Positions 10,105 through 20,553 are shown, counted from the first letter of the stretch. The stretch: 64,000 bases of DNA from Candidatus Shapirobacteria bacterium GW2011_GWF2_37_20 (GCA_000989305.1 LBTB01000004.1:12897-76896); one strand, 5' to 3'. Notes: generated by a model from the sequence alone, not told the origin. Made by a program: numbers and translations.

Positions 10105-10671
10105 ATGATTTCGAGTTTAAAGGGGATGGTTGATCGAGTATGGGGAAATTATATCGAGGTAGAAGTAGGTGGTGTGGGATATTTGGTATGGGTGGGGAGA
10201 AGAAATTATACTGAGGGACAAGAGGTAAAGATTTTTACTTATATGGCAGTATCAGAAAATGATATGGCTTTGTATGGTTTTGAAAATTTTGAAGATTTGG
10301 ATTTATTTAAAATGCTAATTACAGTGTCGGGGGTGGGGCCAAAATCAGCAGCTCAGATTTTAGAGCAGTGTAAGGGAGTGGAAATAATTAAAGCAATTGG
10401 AGATGCCGATACAAGTTTTTTTGAAAAAATAAAGGGAGTGGGAAAAAAGACGGCTCAAAGAATTATTGTGGATTTAAAATCAAAAATCGGGGGCTTAGGA
10501 GAATTAAATTTAAGAGACGAGTCTCCACTGCTCGAAGATGATGTGGTGTTGAGTTTGAGACAGTTGGGATTTGAGAGAAAAGAAATCGAAAATGTAATTA
10601 ATAAAATGCCCATTGAACTAGAGATTCTTGAAGATAAAGTTAGTTGGTGTTTGCAAAACCTAGGACGATAA
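10105..10671 (+). CDS. ruvA: Holliday junction branch migration protein RuvA
   Basis: MISSLKG, GVGY, LYGF, VSGVGPKSA, GVGKKTAQRI. Confidence 0.95.
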   Translation: MISSLKGMVDRVWGNYIEVEVGGVGYLVWVGRRNYTEGQEVKIFTYMAVSENDMALYGFENFEDLDLFKMLITVSGVGPKSAAQILEQCKGVEIIKAIGDADTSFFEKIKGVGKKTAQRIIVDLKSKIGGLGELNLRDESPLLEDDVVLSLRQLGFERKEIENVINKMPIELEILEDKVSWCLQNLGR

Positions 10672-11631
10672 ATGACGGATAAGAATTTGGATCCAAAATT
10701 AAAAAGTGAGGACAAGGAAATTGAACTGTCACTCCGCCCCAGAAAACTGGCAGAGTTTATTGGACAAAAGAAGTTAAAAGATCAGTTGGGAGTGTTTATT
10801 AAGGCAGCTAAGGAAAGAGAAGAGGCCTTAGATCATATTTTGTTTTATGGTCCTCCAGGGTTGGGAAAAACAACTTTAGCAATGTTGTTAGCTCTGGAAA
10901 TGGAATCGAATATAAAAATTACTTCTGGGCCTGCTTTGACTAGGGCTGGAGATTTGGCTTCGATTCTGACTTCATTGAAAAAAGGAGATGTTTTGTTTAT
11001 AGATGAGATTCACCGGTTGAATAAAATCGTTGAGGAAACGCTTTATAGCGCCATGGAGGATTATGTTTTGGACATAGTGTTAGGGAAAGGACCGTCAGCC
11101 AGATCTGTGAGACTGAAATTACAGAAATTTACAATTGTCGGAGCGACGACCCGAATTGGATTAATTTCTGGGCCAATGAGAGATCGTTTCGGAATTGTCC
11201 AGCAAATTGATTTTTATGAAGATATTAATTTGGCAGAAATTGTGATGAGGACAGCGAAATTTTTGAAAGTGAGAATTGACAGGGAGGCGGCAGAGGAAAT
11301 TGCCAGGAGGTCTAGAGGGACACCAAGAATTGCCAATAGGCTTTTGAAGAGAGTCAGGGATTACGCTCAGGTGGGTGGTGATTCTTTAATCACTGTCGGG
11401 GAAGCAAAGATGGCATTGGAGAAATTGGGAGTAGATGAGCTAGGTTTATCTGATGCGGATAGGAAGTATTTGGATGTGGTCAAAAAACAATATGGTGGGG
11501 GGCCGGTGGGAGTGGAAAATATTGCAGCAGCATTGACTGAGGATGTGGAGACTATTACGGATGTTTATGAACCGTTTTTGATGAAGAAGGGATTAGTGAA
11601 GAGGACACCGAGGGGAAGGGTAAGTGGGTGA
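10672..11631 (+). CDS. ruvB: Holliday junction DNA helicase RuvB
   Basis: [40 protein letters not shown]. Confidence 0.98.
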   Translation: MTDKNLDPKLKSEDKEIELSLRPRKLAEFIGQKKLKDQLGVFIKAAKEREEALDHILFYGPPGLGKTTLAMLLALEMESNIKITSGPALTRAGDLASILTSLKKGDVLFIDEIHRLNKIVEETLYSAMEDYVLDIVLGKGPSARSVRLKLQKFTIVGATTRIGLISGPMRDRFGIVQQIDFYEDINLAEIVMRTAKFLKVRIDREAAEEIARRSRGTPRIANRLLKRVRDYAQVGGDSLITVGEAKMALEKLGVDELGLSDADRKYLDVVKKQYGGGPVGVENIAAALTEDVETITDVYEPFLMKKGLVKRTPRGRVSG

Positions 11632-11642
11632 TATAATTGGGC

Positions 11643-11954
11643 ATGCCTGGAAAAATTACCACAGTTGAGGGGATAAGTGTTAGTGTTGACCTTTCAAAAA
11701 TTTGTGAAAATTGTGGTGCTTATAGAGGTGAACTGGAAATAGTGGCAAGAAGGTTGTTTCCGAATAATCATATGGGAAGTGGGGTGGCTGTAATAGAGTG
11801 TTTACCTGGTGGAGACGAAGAAGGTAGAACACGGAGATTAAATATCAAAGGATCCATTGATGGAAAATATTTTGAATCAATGAATGATTTAAAAGATTGG
11901 AGTGTGAGGCTGGTTCATTGTGGTCAGAAACCAAAAAAGGCAGCTAGAAGTTAA
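11643..11954 (+). CDS. Hypothetical protein (CxxC)
   Basis: ORF with TGaTATAAT 5 nt upstream of ATG. Confidence 0.6.
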   Translation: MPGKITTVEGISVSVDLSKICENCGAYRGELEIVARRLFPNNHMGSGVAVIECLPGGDEEGRTRRLNIKGSIDGKYFESMNDLKDWSVRLVHCGQKPKKAARS

Positions 11955-11988
11955 TCTAACCGCCTTTAAGGCAAAGTAGGAGGGAATA

Positions 11989-12246
11989 TTATTCCGCTTG
12001 GATACCAAGTAGCCAGAGAACAGCTTCCTTGCGGTAGCGACGATCACCGCGAGCATTGATGCGGATGGCGGGAAGTTTACCCCGTTTACCCCAACGCTTT
12101 ATCGTGAGTTTAGAAACACGTAGCAAATCGGCGACTTCGGCAACCGTTAAAAGGTCGGGAAGATTGTCGATACTGATACCATTAACTTTTTTTGGGGGGG
12201 ATTTTTGATTCACAAGCTTATCTTGTGTTAGGTTTTGATCATCCAT
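11989..12246 (-). CDS. Excisionase/BldC-like MerR-type HTH DNA-binding protein
   Basis: LLTVAEVADLLRVSKLTIKRW..GKLPAIRI..GDRRY; SD GAGGAG. Confidence 0.85.
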   Translation of the reverse strand: MDDQNLTQDKLVNQKSPPKKVNGISIDNLPDLLTVAEVADLLRVSKLTIKRWGKRGKLPAIRINARGDRRYRKEAVLWLLGIQAE

Positions 12247-12362
12247 TTTGTGGCTCCTCGTGTATCAAAAGAACATTTAACTATAATCATTAAAACACAA
12301 AGCATATAAGTAGGTCAAGATATCAAAAAAAGAAAAATGAAAAAATGTTGTAAAATAAATAA

Positions 12363-13358
12363 ATGATCGACAACAAAATTGCCTTTTTTGGGGTGAAAAG
12401 TTGGGAGAGACCAATTATTGAAAGGGAAATAATTAATTTAGACGTTTTCGGGGTGGGAATTTTCGAAGAAGAGTTGCAGGATAATTTAGAATTAGCGAAA
12501 CAGTACGATATTGTTTCGATTTTTATCTATTCGAAAGCAGATAAAGAGGTTTTAGACAAGTTACCGAATTTGAAGATGATTGCAACCCGATCAACTGGTG
12601 TTGATCATATAGATATTGATGAGTGTAAGAAAAGAAAAGTTGTAGTCGCAAATGTGCCGGTATATGGATCTAACACAGTGGCGGAATATGCTTTTGCCTT
12701 AATTCTGGCGGTAGCAAAGAAGGTAGTGGAAGCACATCAAGCAGTAGAGGAAGATGAGTTTAGTCCGGAGGGATTGACAGGAATTGATCTTTTCGGAAAA
12801 ACATTGGGAATTGTGGGATTGGGAAAAATCGGGGCTAATGTGGCTAAGATGGCCAGAGGTTTTGGAATGAAAGTTGTGGCGGTGGAGAAAAATCCGGATT
12901 TAAAAATAGTTAAAAAATATAAAGTGAAGCTGGTTGACCTGGAAACCCTATTGAAGGAGTCGGATGTGGTGACGCTTCATGTTCCAGCCTCAAAGGAGAC
13001 TTATCATTTAATTAATCGAAGTAATATCAAGCTGTTGAAGGAGGGAAGTATTTTAGTAAACACCTCCCGGGGAGCAGTGGTGGAAAGTGAATCGATGATT
13101 TGGGCTTTAAATAAGGGAATATTAAGGGGAGTTGGGTTGGATGTAGTAGAAGAAGAGGATAAGGTTGAAAGCATGTCCTTGGTGATGAGCCAAAGACCAA
13201 CCAAGGAAGATTTGCAAAATGTATTGAGTTATCACATGTTGAGGGATAGGGAAGACGTAGTGTTTACGCCACACAATGCTTTTAACACAGAAGAAGCAAT
13301 TGAAAGAATAATAAAAACAACGATTGAGAATATAAAAGAATTTTGTAAAAAAAATTAG
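12363..13358 (+). CDS. D-2-hydroxyacid (D-lactate-like) dehydrogenase
   Basis: TRSTGVDHID, GIVGLGKIG, LVNTSRG, GLDV, TPHNAF. Confidence 0.9.
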   Translation: MIDNKIAFFGVKSWERPIIEREIINLDVFGVGIFEEELQDNLELAKQYDIVSIFIYSKADKEVLDKLPNLKMIATRSTGVDHIDIDECKKRKVVVANVPVYGSNTVAEYAFALILAVAKKVVEAHQAVEEDEFSPEGLTGIDLFGKTLGIVGLGKIGANVAKMARGFGMKVVAVEKNPDLKIVKKYKVKLVDLETLLKESDVVTLHVPASKETYHLINRSNIKLLKEGSILVNTSRGAVVESESMIWALNKGILRGVGLDVVEEEDKVESMSLVMSQRPTKEDLQNVLSYHMLRDREDVVFTPHNAFNTEEAIERIIKTTIENIKEFCKKN

Positions 13359-13370
13359 TTATAATCTGTT

Positions 13371-14423
13371 ATGAAAGCAGTAATAATATGCGGTGGGGTG
13401 GGTAGTAAAATGTGGCCGGAAAGCCGCGCCAGTTCACCAAAACAGTTTTTACCACTCATCGGCGAGAAATCACTATTCCAATTGAACTGGGAGGCGCTAA
13501 GACTGAAATTTTCCCCGGAAGAAATATTTTTGCAGACAAATGCGGTTCAGGCAGAAATTGCTAAGAAGCAAGTTTCGGAAATTTTGCCCGACAATGTTTT
13601 TATTGAACCGGAAATGAGAAATCAAGGGCCGGCGACCGGATTTGCAGCAGCATCTCTGATGAAAAAAGGTTTTGGAGATGAGGCGTTTATGCTGGTACAA
13701 GCAGATGTGATGAGAAAACCGGAAGAAAAATTTATAGAAATGTTGGAAGTGATGGGGACTTTAGCAGAATCAACAGAAAATTACATAACGGGTGGGATTG
13801 CTCCGGAAAATATTGTTAGAGGGGTTGATTATTTAGTAAAAGGAGAGTTGGTAAAAGAGGAAAAAGGAGTTAAGGTGTATCGGGTGGCGGATTATATTGA
13901 CAGAGCAGAGGAAGAGAAAATTAAACAGTATTTAGGTTCAGATAAGCTGTTAATTCACGCTAATCACACGACAATGACACCAAATAATTTAATGGAAATG
14001 TATAAAAAATACAGGATGGATTGGTATGAACCCCTGATGAGTATTGTTAATGGAGGAGATGTTCCAACTGAATATGCCAAGATGCCAAAGGCGGGAATCG
14101 AAGAGGTAACAAAACAAGTTTATACAAAAGGGGAGGCGCTGGTGGCCGAATTACCTTTTGAGTGGATTGATTTTGGGACTTGGGAGAGCCTGTCGAAGTA
14201 TCTGGTATCTAAAAATTTGTATTCTTCTGATAGTAAAACAATAGAGTTAGATAGTACTAATAATTTTGTGAGGGCAAACAAGACGGTGGCATTAATTGGA
14301 GTCAATGATTTGATAGTTATTGATAAAAACGATGCTCTTTTGATTTGTAAAAAGGAGATGACGGGGAAGGTGGGAGAGGTGGTAGATAAATTGAAAGCGG
14401 AAAATAAAGTGGAATTGTTGTAA
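13371..14423 (+). CDS. manC: Mannose-1-phosphate guanylyltransferase-like
   Basis: GGVGSKMWPESR..PKQF, EPEMRN, WIDFGTW, C-terminal DALLIC. Confidence 0.8.
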   Translation: MKAVIICGGVGSKMWPESRASSPKQFLPLIGEKSLFQLNWEALRLKFSPEEIFLQTNAVQAEIAKKQVSEILPDNVFIEPEMRNQGPATGFAAASLMKKGFGDEAFMLVQADVMRKPEEKFIEMLEVMGTLAESTENYITGGIAPENIVRGVDYLVKGELVKEEKGVKVYRVADYIDRAEEEKIKQYLGSDKLLIHANHTTMTPNNLMEMYKKYRMDWYEPLMSIVNGGDVPTEYAKMPKAGIEEVTKQVYTKGEALVAELPFEWIDFGTWESLSKYLVSKNLYSSDSKTIELDSTNNFVRANKTVALIGVNDLIVIDKNDALLICKKEMTGKVGEVVDKLKAENKVELL

Positions 14424-14427
14424 AAAT

Positions 14428-14850
14428 ATGACAGACGAGAAGCTGGTAAAATTTAATCGTACTGGTGAGAATATTCCGGTAACTTTTATTGAAACAGCCG
14501 AAGTAACAAAGGGTGTCAGATGTGATGTTTATCGGTTTCTAGAGGATGAGACAAGAGATTTGGGAGTAATTTATGTTGAGCCAGGATGTAAAACGCCGTT
14601 GCAAAAAGTATTGGAAGGTGAAAAAACAATTGAGGGTTTTTATATGGGTAGAGGTATTTTGACGATTATAAAAATTAATGGAGAAAAAGAGACTTACGAA
14701 GTTGATGACAAATCGGGAAAAGACTTTTTTCAAGAAGTAAGGGTTGGGGAGACAATGCAGTGGGAGGCGACACCAGACTCAATTCTGATTGCCTATGAGG
14801 TGTGTTATCCACCATATAAGCCCGGAAGATATGAGGATTTAGTTGAATAG
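14428..14850 (+). CDS. Cupin-like hypothetical protein
   Basis: Beta-rich, EPG..TP, E..GRGIL, EVCYPPY; follows manC. Confidence 0.55.
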   Translation: MTDEKLVKFNRTGENIPVTFIETAEVTKGVRCDVYRFLEDETRDLGVIYVEPGCKTPLQKVLEGEKTIEGFYMGRGILTIIKINGEKETYEVDDKSGKDFFQEVRVGETMQWEATPDSILIAYEVCYPPYKPGRYEDLVE

Positions 14851-15055
14851 CCTAGATTATAAGTGCAAAATTTGATCGATTTTGTATCAATAAATACTAA
14901 TTGACAGACATTGAGAGGGGCGAGTACAATCGGGGCGATTATAAATTATCAGTCAAATCATATAACTGCTAAAATCTGCTCAGCAAGCAATATGAAATTA
15001 TTATAAATTATTATTCTGTCCACATGGATATTTTCAAAGCAGGTGGAACACAATT

Positions 15056-15385
15056 ATGTCAAATTGGTCTGAATTTAAAACGTATACAGATTTAAGTCTT
15101 ATTTTTATCTTAAATAGTATTGTAGGGGTATATCTGATTACATCAGGAGGAAAAGTTATTTATGTTGGAAAAGCCGATTACAGTCTCAAAAATAGATTGT
15201 CAGATCATTTAAAATTTTCAACAGAAAGTAATAAGGTGCTTGTTAATTATCTTATGGCTGGTGGGTGTAGATTTTCCTTATTAGAGGTTCCGCAAAAGAT
15301 TGATAGAGATAGAATCGAAAAGGAATTAATACAATTATATAGTCCTGTTTGCAATAAACAGAATAATCCATTTCCAGTTCGATAA
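15056..15385 (+). CDS. Stand-alone GIY-YIG nuclease domain protein
   Basis: GVYLI..VIYVGKA..LKNRL..H..EKELI..P.CN. Confidence 0.85.
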   Translation: MSNWSEFKTYTDLSLIFILNSIVGVYLITSGGKVIYVGKADYSLKNRLSDHLKFSTESNKVLVNYLMAGGCRFSLLEVPQKIDRDRIEKELIQLYSPVCNKQNNPFPVR

Positions 15386-15386
15386 C

Positions 15387-15413
15387 AAAAACCCCCTCGG
15401 AAGAGGGGGTTTA
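15387..15413. terminator. Bidirectional intrinsic terminator
   Basis: AAAACCCCCTC-GGAA-GAGGGGGTTT between convergent genes. Confidence 0.85.
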
Positions 15414-15431
15414 AAGTTTAAAATAAAAGAA

Positions 15432-15784
15432 TTATTTTAATTCAACGGTTGCACCAGCGGCTTCGAGTTTAGTCTTAGCTTCGGCAGCAGCGTCTTTTTT
15501 CATAGTGCTTTAGCTTCTTTCAAACCCAATTCTGGTTTGAATTCACGGACAGCTTTGATGACGGCGATTTTATTGGTGCCGGCGTTGGTAACGATGACAT
15601 CAAATTCGCTTTTTTCTTCAACAGCAGCAGCGGCAGGAGCACCGGCGGCAGCAGCGGCAGGAGCGGCGGACATGGCAACAGCTTTAACATCGAACTTTTC
15701 TTCTAGAGCTTTGACCAATTCGGAGAGTTCAAGCACCGAAAGTTGAGAGATTTGGTCGAGGATGGTTTCTAATTTTTTATCCAT
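15432..15784 (-). CDS. rplL: 50S ribosomal protein L7/L12, frameshifted at ~15504 (probable assembly deletion)
   Basis: [27 protein letters not shown], then in another frame [23 protein letters not shown]; VExAP segment missing. Confidence 0.92.
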
Positions 15785-15822
15785 TTTTTTATTTAAATTT
15801 GTAAAAATTTATATATAAACTA

Positions 15823-16341
15823 TTAATTGGTCGCTTGTTTATCAGCCAGAGCTTTTAGGGTTAAAACTAATTGCTGTTGATTGAAACGCATGGCGTAAAC
15901 CAAACGTTGCAGAGGATTTTTAAGTCCCCCAATAAATTGAGCGATAAGAGTAGATTTGGAAGGCAGAGATAAAAACTTCTTTAATTCATCCAAAGAAAGT
16001 AGCTTTTTGTCATAAATTCCGAACTTAAAACTGGTTTTTTCCTTGTCTTTATTGACAGTGTCAATTTCTTTTAAGGGGGCGATTTCATCGGTATCACAAT
16101 AAACAACGGCGGTGGGGCCGGTTAGAGTTTCGGGCAAGTCGAGTTCCATTTTATTAAGGGCACGGGTGATGAGGGTATTTTTGATAACCTCAATAGAGCC
16201 ACCAGCATCTTTGACTTTGGCACGGAGAGTACCAGCATCACCAGCAGTGAGACCCTGGTATTGAATAAAAGCAGCAGATTTGGCTTCAGAGAGTCTTTTA
16301 ACGACTTCGTCAACTTTTTCAATTTTTTGTATTTTTGCCAT
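15823..16341 (-). CDS. rplJ: 50S ribosomal protein L10
   Basis: YQGLT..LR..VIKNTL..LTGPTA..LPSK; upstream of rplL. Confidence 0.95.
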   Translation of the reverse strand: MAKIQKIEKVDEVVKRLSEAKSAAFIQYQGLTAGDAGTLRAKVKDAGGSIEVIKNTLITRALNKMELDLPETLTGPTAVVYCDTDEIAPLKEIDTVNKDKEKTSFKFGIYDKKLLSLDELKKFLSLPSKSTLIAQFIGGLKNPLQRLVYAMRFNQQQLVLTLKALADKQATN

Positions 16342-16351
16342 ATTTTTTGAA

Positions 16352-16440
16352 TAAAAAATGCCTCGAAGACGAGGCACAATTAGAAAATCTAGCTGTTTCC
16401 TCGGCGGGACTTATTTGAGTGCCGGCTGTCTTCGGGATTA
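16352..16440 (-). promoter_or_regulatory. L10 leader (autoregulatory RNA) with terminator/antiterminator
   Basis: CCGAAGACAGCCGG...CCCGCCGAGG then GCCTCG-TCTT-CGAGGC-ATTTTTT; CGAAGAC can pair with GTCTTCG; TTGCCA-16-TATAAT promoter upstream. Confidence 0.85.
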
Positions 16441-16585
16441 CAGAGAGGATTATACACTAATTTAAGTGGTTGGCAAAGAGGGGAATGAGGGTTACACTTT
16501 GGGCATTGTATATTAAAGGTTATTTATATTTCTAATTACAGAAAAATTTCTGAAATGGGAAATATCGGTAACAAAAGGAGGAAAT

Positions 16586-16903
16586 ATGGCTAGGGAAGAG
16601 GTGGTTAGAGTTATCAAAGGTTTTTCTGGTAGTGTTGGCGAAAATGGTAAATGGAGAGGTAGTGGATTGGTGGCACCTTTAATTACCCGAGTGTATCTTG
16701 GGGCACCCGCTATTTTACTGAATTTAGATGAAGAAGAGTGTAAAAAAATGATTATTAGAGGAATAAGGCAGCTAACGGGGGTAGTTATACCAGAGAAGTA
16801 TGATCCGATTTTTTGGAATTCAGAAAAGGGAAAGGTGGTGGCGGAAAAATTAAATAGGAGATTGCCACAATTGCCCGAGGGAAGAAAAGTTGATCGGGCC
16901 TGA
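16586..16903 (+). CDS. Hypothetical protein
   Basis: ORF with SD AAAGGAGG. Confidence 0.65.
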   Translation: MAREEVVRVIKGFSGSVGENGKWRGSGLVAPLITRVYLGAPAILLNLDEEECKKMIIRGIRQLTGVVIPEKYDPIFWNSEKGKVVAEKLNRRLPQLPEGRKVDRA

Positions 16904-17054
16904 CAGGACTAAGAATGAGAAAATATTGGTGGGTACTTATATATTGCCGTTATTTGAGGTAGGATGGCTGTTTTGGTGATATAATCCTATGTCCTAAAAC
17001 CTTTTAGCGTTGACTGTAGAGGTTTAGGTAATATAAAAGTTGAGAAAACAACAA

Positions 17055-17885
17055 ATGGTTACAAAAACATTGAAAAAGGCTGTTGAGGGCAGAGATGTAT
17101 TGGGTTTACGCTACGATAATAGTAAATATTGGAAGAAATATTATTCGGCAAAAGCTAATAATAGAGATTTTACTCGCGAGCACGAGTATGCGGTATTTTT
17201 GCAAGGGCTAATTAGTAAAAAAGCAAAGGTGCTTGATGTGGCGACCGGATATGGTTTTTTGCCAGTGGAAATGGCGAAACTGGGATTTAGTGTTGATTGT
17301 GTTGATAAGTATAAGGAAATGATTGAAGTGGCCAATAAATATATCTTGAAAAATAAGTTACAGCTCAAAATTTATAAGGCAGATGCGACTAAACTACCAA
17401 TGAGTGACAGGTCATATGATTTGGTAATGGCTCAATCAATTCTCGAGCATTTTTGTTTTGAGGAAATGACAAATAAACTGATTCCAGAGATCAAAAGGGT
17501 TACGAAGAATAAAGGTTTAATTTTAGTTCATGTTCCAATTAAGAGTGGGGTATGTGTGTTAAAAAAGTATTTCCGAAAATTCATTAAGAATGATTTGCCT
17601 AAGTGGGCAATCGATGATGACGGAGACGTTACACATAAAGTTTGGATGAGTGCGCCTGAATATATTAGTGAGCTTTCGAAGCAGGACGTAAACGTGGAAT
17701 TCATAAGATTTAATTTTATTAGAAGCAATGAAACTATTTCGTGGATGAGGGTTTTAAACAGAATATTCGTAATGTTTGGTATGAATAAATTTCACAAAAA
17801 AGAGAGTGTCTCTAGTTTTAAACTAAAGATATTGTCTTTTTTGGGGACGTCTGTTGTTTTGGTTTGTCGAAATAATAGTATATAA
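17055..17885 (+). CDS. Class I SAM-dependent methyltransferase
   Basis: KVLDVATGYG, CVD, ADATKLP..SYDLV..ILEH. Confidence 0.88.
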   Translation: MVTKTLKKAVEGRDVLGLRYDNSKYWKKYYSAKANNRDFTREHEYAVFLQGLISKKAKVLDVATGYGFLPVEMAKLGFSVDCVDKYKEMIEVANKYILKNKLQLKIYKADATKLPMSDRSYDLVMAQSILEHFCFEEMTNKLIPEIKRVTKNKGLILVHVPIKSGVCVLKKYFRKFIKNDLPKWAIDDDGDVTHKVWMSAPEYISELSKQDVNVEFIRFNFIRSNETISWMRVLNRIFVMFGMNKFHKKESVSSFKLKILSFLGTSVVLVCRNNSI

Positions 17886-17892
17886 TCCGAGC

Positions 17893-18468
17893 ATGAAAGT
17901 TTTTTTTGTTGCATCTCCAAGGTCGGCAAACAAAGAACCGGGTTTATTTATAAAAATAAATAGTCTTTTGGGTAAAGAAGCAACACTTTTGGGAGATATG
18001 GTGCCGACATGGACTAAGGGAAATGTTTCAAATTTTTATAATGGGACCCACAAGGAAAGGGTGGATCATTTTAAAAAAACGGTGGAATATGTGAAAAAAG
18101 CCGATGCTGTTTTTGTTGAGTTATCGGAACACAGCATGTCGATGGGTTACATCGTGAATAAGGCTTTGGAAAACAGTAAGCCGGTGGTGGCCTTGTATAA
18201 AAAAGGTTTTGAACCATATTTTTTTAGTGGAATTGAAGATTCGAGGTTGTTGATTGTTGAATATACTGAAGAAAATATTGAAGAGACAATTCGGGAAGCT
18301 TTGAATAAAATAAAAGATTACAGTGACGTACGGTTTAATTTTTTTGTGTCACCAAAAATATTGAATTATTTAGATTGGATAGCCCAAAAGAGAATGATTC
18401 CCCGAAGTGTATTTTTGAGAAATTTAATTGAGAGAGAAATAAAAAAGGACAAAGAGTTTAAGGAGTAA
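17893..18468 (+). CDS. Nucleoside 2-deoxyribosyltransferase-like domain plus C-terminal ribbon-helix-helix-like domain
   Basis: KADAVFVELS..SMSMGY..KPVVALY; C-terminal VRFNFFVSPKILNYLDW..PRSVFLRNLI. Confidence 0.6.
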   Translation: MKVFFVASPRSANKEPGLFIKINSLLGKEATLLGDMVPTWTKGNVSNFYNGTHKERVDHFKKTVEYVKKADAVFVELSEHSMSMGYIVNKALENSKPVVALYKKGFEPYFFSGIEDSRLLIVEYTEENIEETIREALNKIKDYSDVRFNFFVSPKILNYLDWIAQKRMIPRSVFLRNLIEREIKKDKEFKE

Positions 18469-19663
18469 GGAGGTGTTGGTGTTCGGAGTGGAATTTGGTT
18501 TTAAGTTTTAGCCAGTAGGGTGATTGGCGACAAAGTTTTTTTGAATGGAGAGGGTTTTTGAGAAGCACCTTGATCAATTCTTCGAGAAAAATGGTATTTT
18601 GAGAACCCTTGATTAGGATGGTGGCGTTTTGAGGAAGATTATTTTTTAAGTAGTCGGCGGCTTGCCACCAATACATAAATTTTTTTGCTTTAGAACCAAA
18701 ATAACGACTGGTTTCAGGACCAACGCCAATAATTTGGTCGGCACTGTTGAGAGCAGTTTTATAGAGATTTTGATGAGACAGCTCTGAAGCGGCACCAAGT
18801 TCACGCATGTCACCCAAGACAACGATTCTGGGAGATTTAAAAGAGGCAAGAAAATTTAACATTTCAGTAGTGGCTAGGGGCGAAGAGTTGTAAGAACTAT
18901 CGATAATGCTTGAGTCATTGATGCCTTTTAAGATTGAAGAACGTCCCGGGGGAAGGTGGAAGTTGTTTTTTAGATTATTAATGGCGGTAGACGAGTCTAG
19001 CTTGAGAAGTTTGGCGACGGCAAGAGAAGCACCCAGTGAAATATCATAGATACCAGGGAGGAAGAAATTGGGAATGTCGATTTTAGTTGGTTTAATAGAG
19101 ACGATTTTTTTGTTTTTAGTGTACTTCTTAACAAAAAGATCAGAAGAATTGATGATGGCAGTGGTGGCAGAATTGGCCAGCTTAGCCTTTTCTTGAGCGA
19201 TCTCGTCAAGTGAAGAAAAATTTTCTAAATGGACTGGAGTGACATTGAGGAATATTCCGATATCTGGCTTGACGATAGATAATAGATAGGACATGTTTTT
19301 GGGGGATTTAGAGCTATCGATTCCCATTTCTAGGAGATAAATGTCGTAGGTTTTCCAGTTGGTGAGGAGTTTGAAGGGGGTAAGGAGGGCGATTGTTAGC
19401 CAAGATAAAAGAGAAAAATCCGGGTTCTTAAAACCAAGAATGTTGAGAGGAATACCGGATTCGGAATTGCTACCGTAATTGGTTTTAACTTTGAAATTTG
19501 GTTTTAGGGCGGCTTCGGTGGCCAAAAGAGTTGAGGTTTTGCCGGCGGAGCCGGTGATGCCGACGATAATTAGTTTTGGATTAAGTAATTTTACTTTGGC
19601 GAGCTGGAGACGAGCAAAGAAGCGAAGATAGTAGAGAAAAAGGAGGCTAAAATTTTTTTTCAC
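18458..19663 (-). CDS. murF: Mur ligase, MurF-like
   Basis: VGITGSAGKTS, LEMGID, PGR, IIDSSYNSSP, LGDMRELG, LIKGSQ; divergent from ddl. Confidence 0.85.
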   Translation of the reverse strand: MKKNFSLLFLYYLRFFARLQLAKVKLLNPKLIIVGITGSAGKTSTLLATEAALKPNFKVKTNYGSNSESGIPLNILGFKNPDFSLLSWLTIALLTPFKLLTNWKTYDIYLLEMGIDSSKSPKNMSYLLSIVKPDIGIFLNVTPVHLENFSSLDEIAQEKAKLANSATTAIINSSDLFVKKYTKNKKIVSIKPTKIDIPNFFLPGIYDISLGASLAVAKLLKLDSSTAINNLKNNFHLPPGRSSILKGINDSSIIDSSYNSSPLATTEMLNFLASFKSPRIVVLGDMRELGAASELSHQNLYKTALNSADQIIGVGPETSRYFGSKAKKFMYWWQAADYLKNNLPQNATILIKGSQNTIFLEELIKVLLKNPLHSKKLCRQSPYWLKLKTKFHSEHQHLLTP

Positions 19664-19686
19664 TTAGCTATTATATAATGTAACTA

Positions 19687-20553
19687 ATGGCAAAGCTAAG
19701 AGTGGGAGTGTTGATGGGAGGGGAAAGTAGCGAAAGGGAAGTGTCGCTGATGACGGGGCTAGAGATGATGAAAAATTTGGATAGGGGAAAATATGAAATT
19801 GAGGCGATTGAATTGCCAAAAGATTTAAGAAAGATTGATGGGAAAATAGACGTGGCTTTAATAGCATTGCACGGTAAGGGCGGAGAGGATGGAGTGATTC
19901 AGGGATATTTGGAAAGTTTTGGAATTAAATATACCGGCTGTGGGGTGTTGGCGTCAGCCGTGGGAATGGATAAAAAAATATTTAGGGAAGTAATGATGGC
20001 CAACAAATTACCAATACCGAGATTGGTAACACGGGCTCCTTGTGTGGTAAAGCCCAGTAATGGCGGCTCGAGTGTGGGAGTGTCGATTGTGAAAAAGGAT
20101 GGTGAAATGGAAAACGCTATAGCTAAGGCTAGAAAATATGATGATGAAATAATAATTGAAGAATATTTGAAAGGGACAGAAGTGTCGTGTGGGATTTTGG
20201 GGAATGAAGTTTTGCCGGTAATTGAAATAGTGCCAAAAAATGAGTTTTTTGATTATGAATCAAAATATACTGAAAGCGGAGCAGAGGAGATTTGTCCGGC
20301 GCGGATTAGTAAAAAACTTAGTGACAGAGTACAAAAACTGTCAACAAAAGTTTTTAAGGTAATAAAAGGGAGGGGCTATGCCAGGATTGACTTTATTATA
20401 AAAAATAATAAGCCATATATTTTAGAAATAAATACCTTACCAGGAATGACAGCGGTGTCGTTGTTACCAAAAGAGGCGTTGGTAGTGGGAATAAGTTATT
20501 CCCAGCTTTTGGATAAAATAATTGAGTTGGCACTAAAAAAGCCCCTAGAATAG
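19687..20553 (+). CDS. ddl: D-alanine--D-alanine ligase
   Basis: GGESSEREVS, HGKGGEDG, GSSVGV, FDYESKY, LEINTLPGMT. Confidence 0.96.
   Translation: MAKLRVGVLMGGESSEREVSLMTGLEMMKNLDRGKYEIEAIELPKDLRKIDGKIDVALIALHGKGGEDGVIQGYLESFGIKYTGCGVLASAVGMDKKIFREVMMANKLPIPRLVTRAPCVVKPSNGGSSVGVSIVKKDGEMENAIAKARKYDDEIIIEEYLKGTEVSCGILGNEVLPVIEIVPKNEFFDYESKYTESGAEEICPARISKKLSDRVQKLSTKVFKVIKGRGYARIDFIIKNNKPYILEINTLPGMTAVSLLPKEALVVGISYSQLLDKIIELALKKPLE

Noticed and set aside
11989-12246. Excisionase-like gene as a prophage or ICE marker
   Set aside because: No integrase or phage genes nearby; better explained as a chromosomal BldC-like regulator
15490-15510. UGA recoding or programmed frameshift in rplL
   Set aside because: Readthrough does not restore the frame, conserved residues are physically missing, and TGA is a normal stop elsewhere
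16980-17030. Hairpin and two-codon mini-ORF (ATG TCC TAA) before the methyltransferase as an attenuator
   Set aside because: Single imperfect hairpin with no recognisable motif; insufficient evidence
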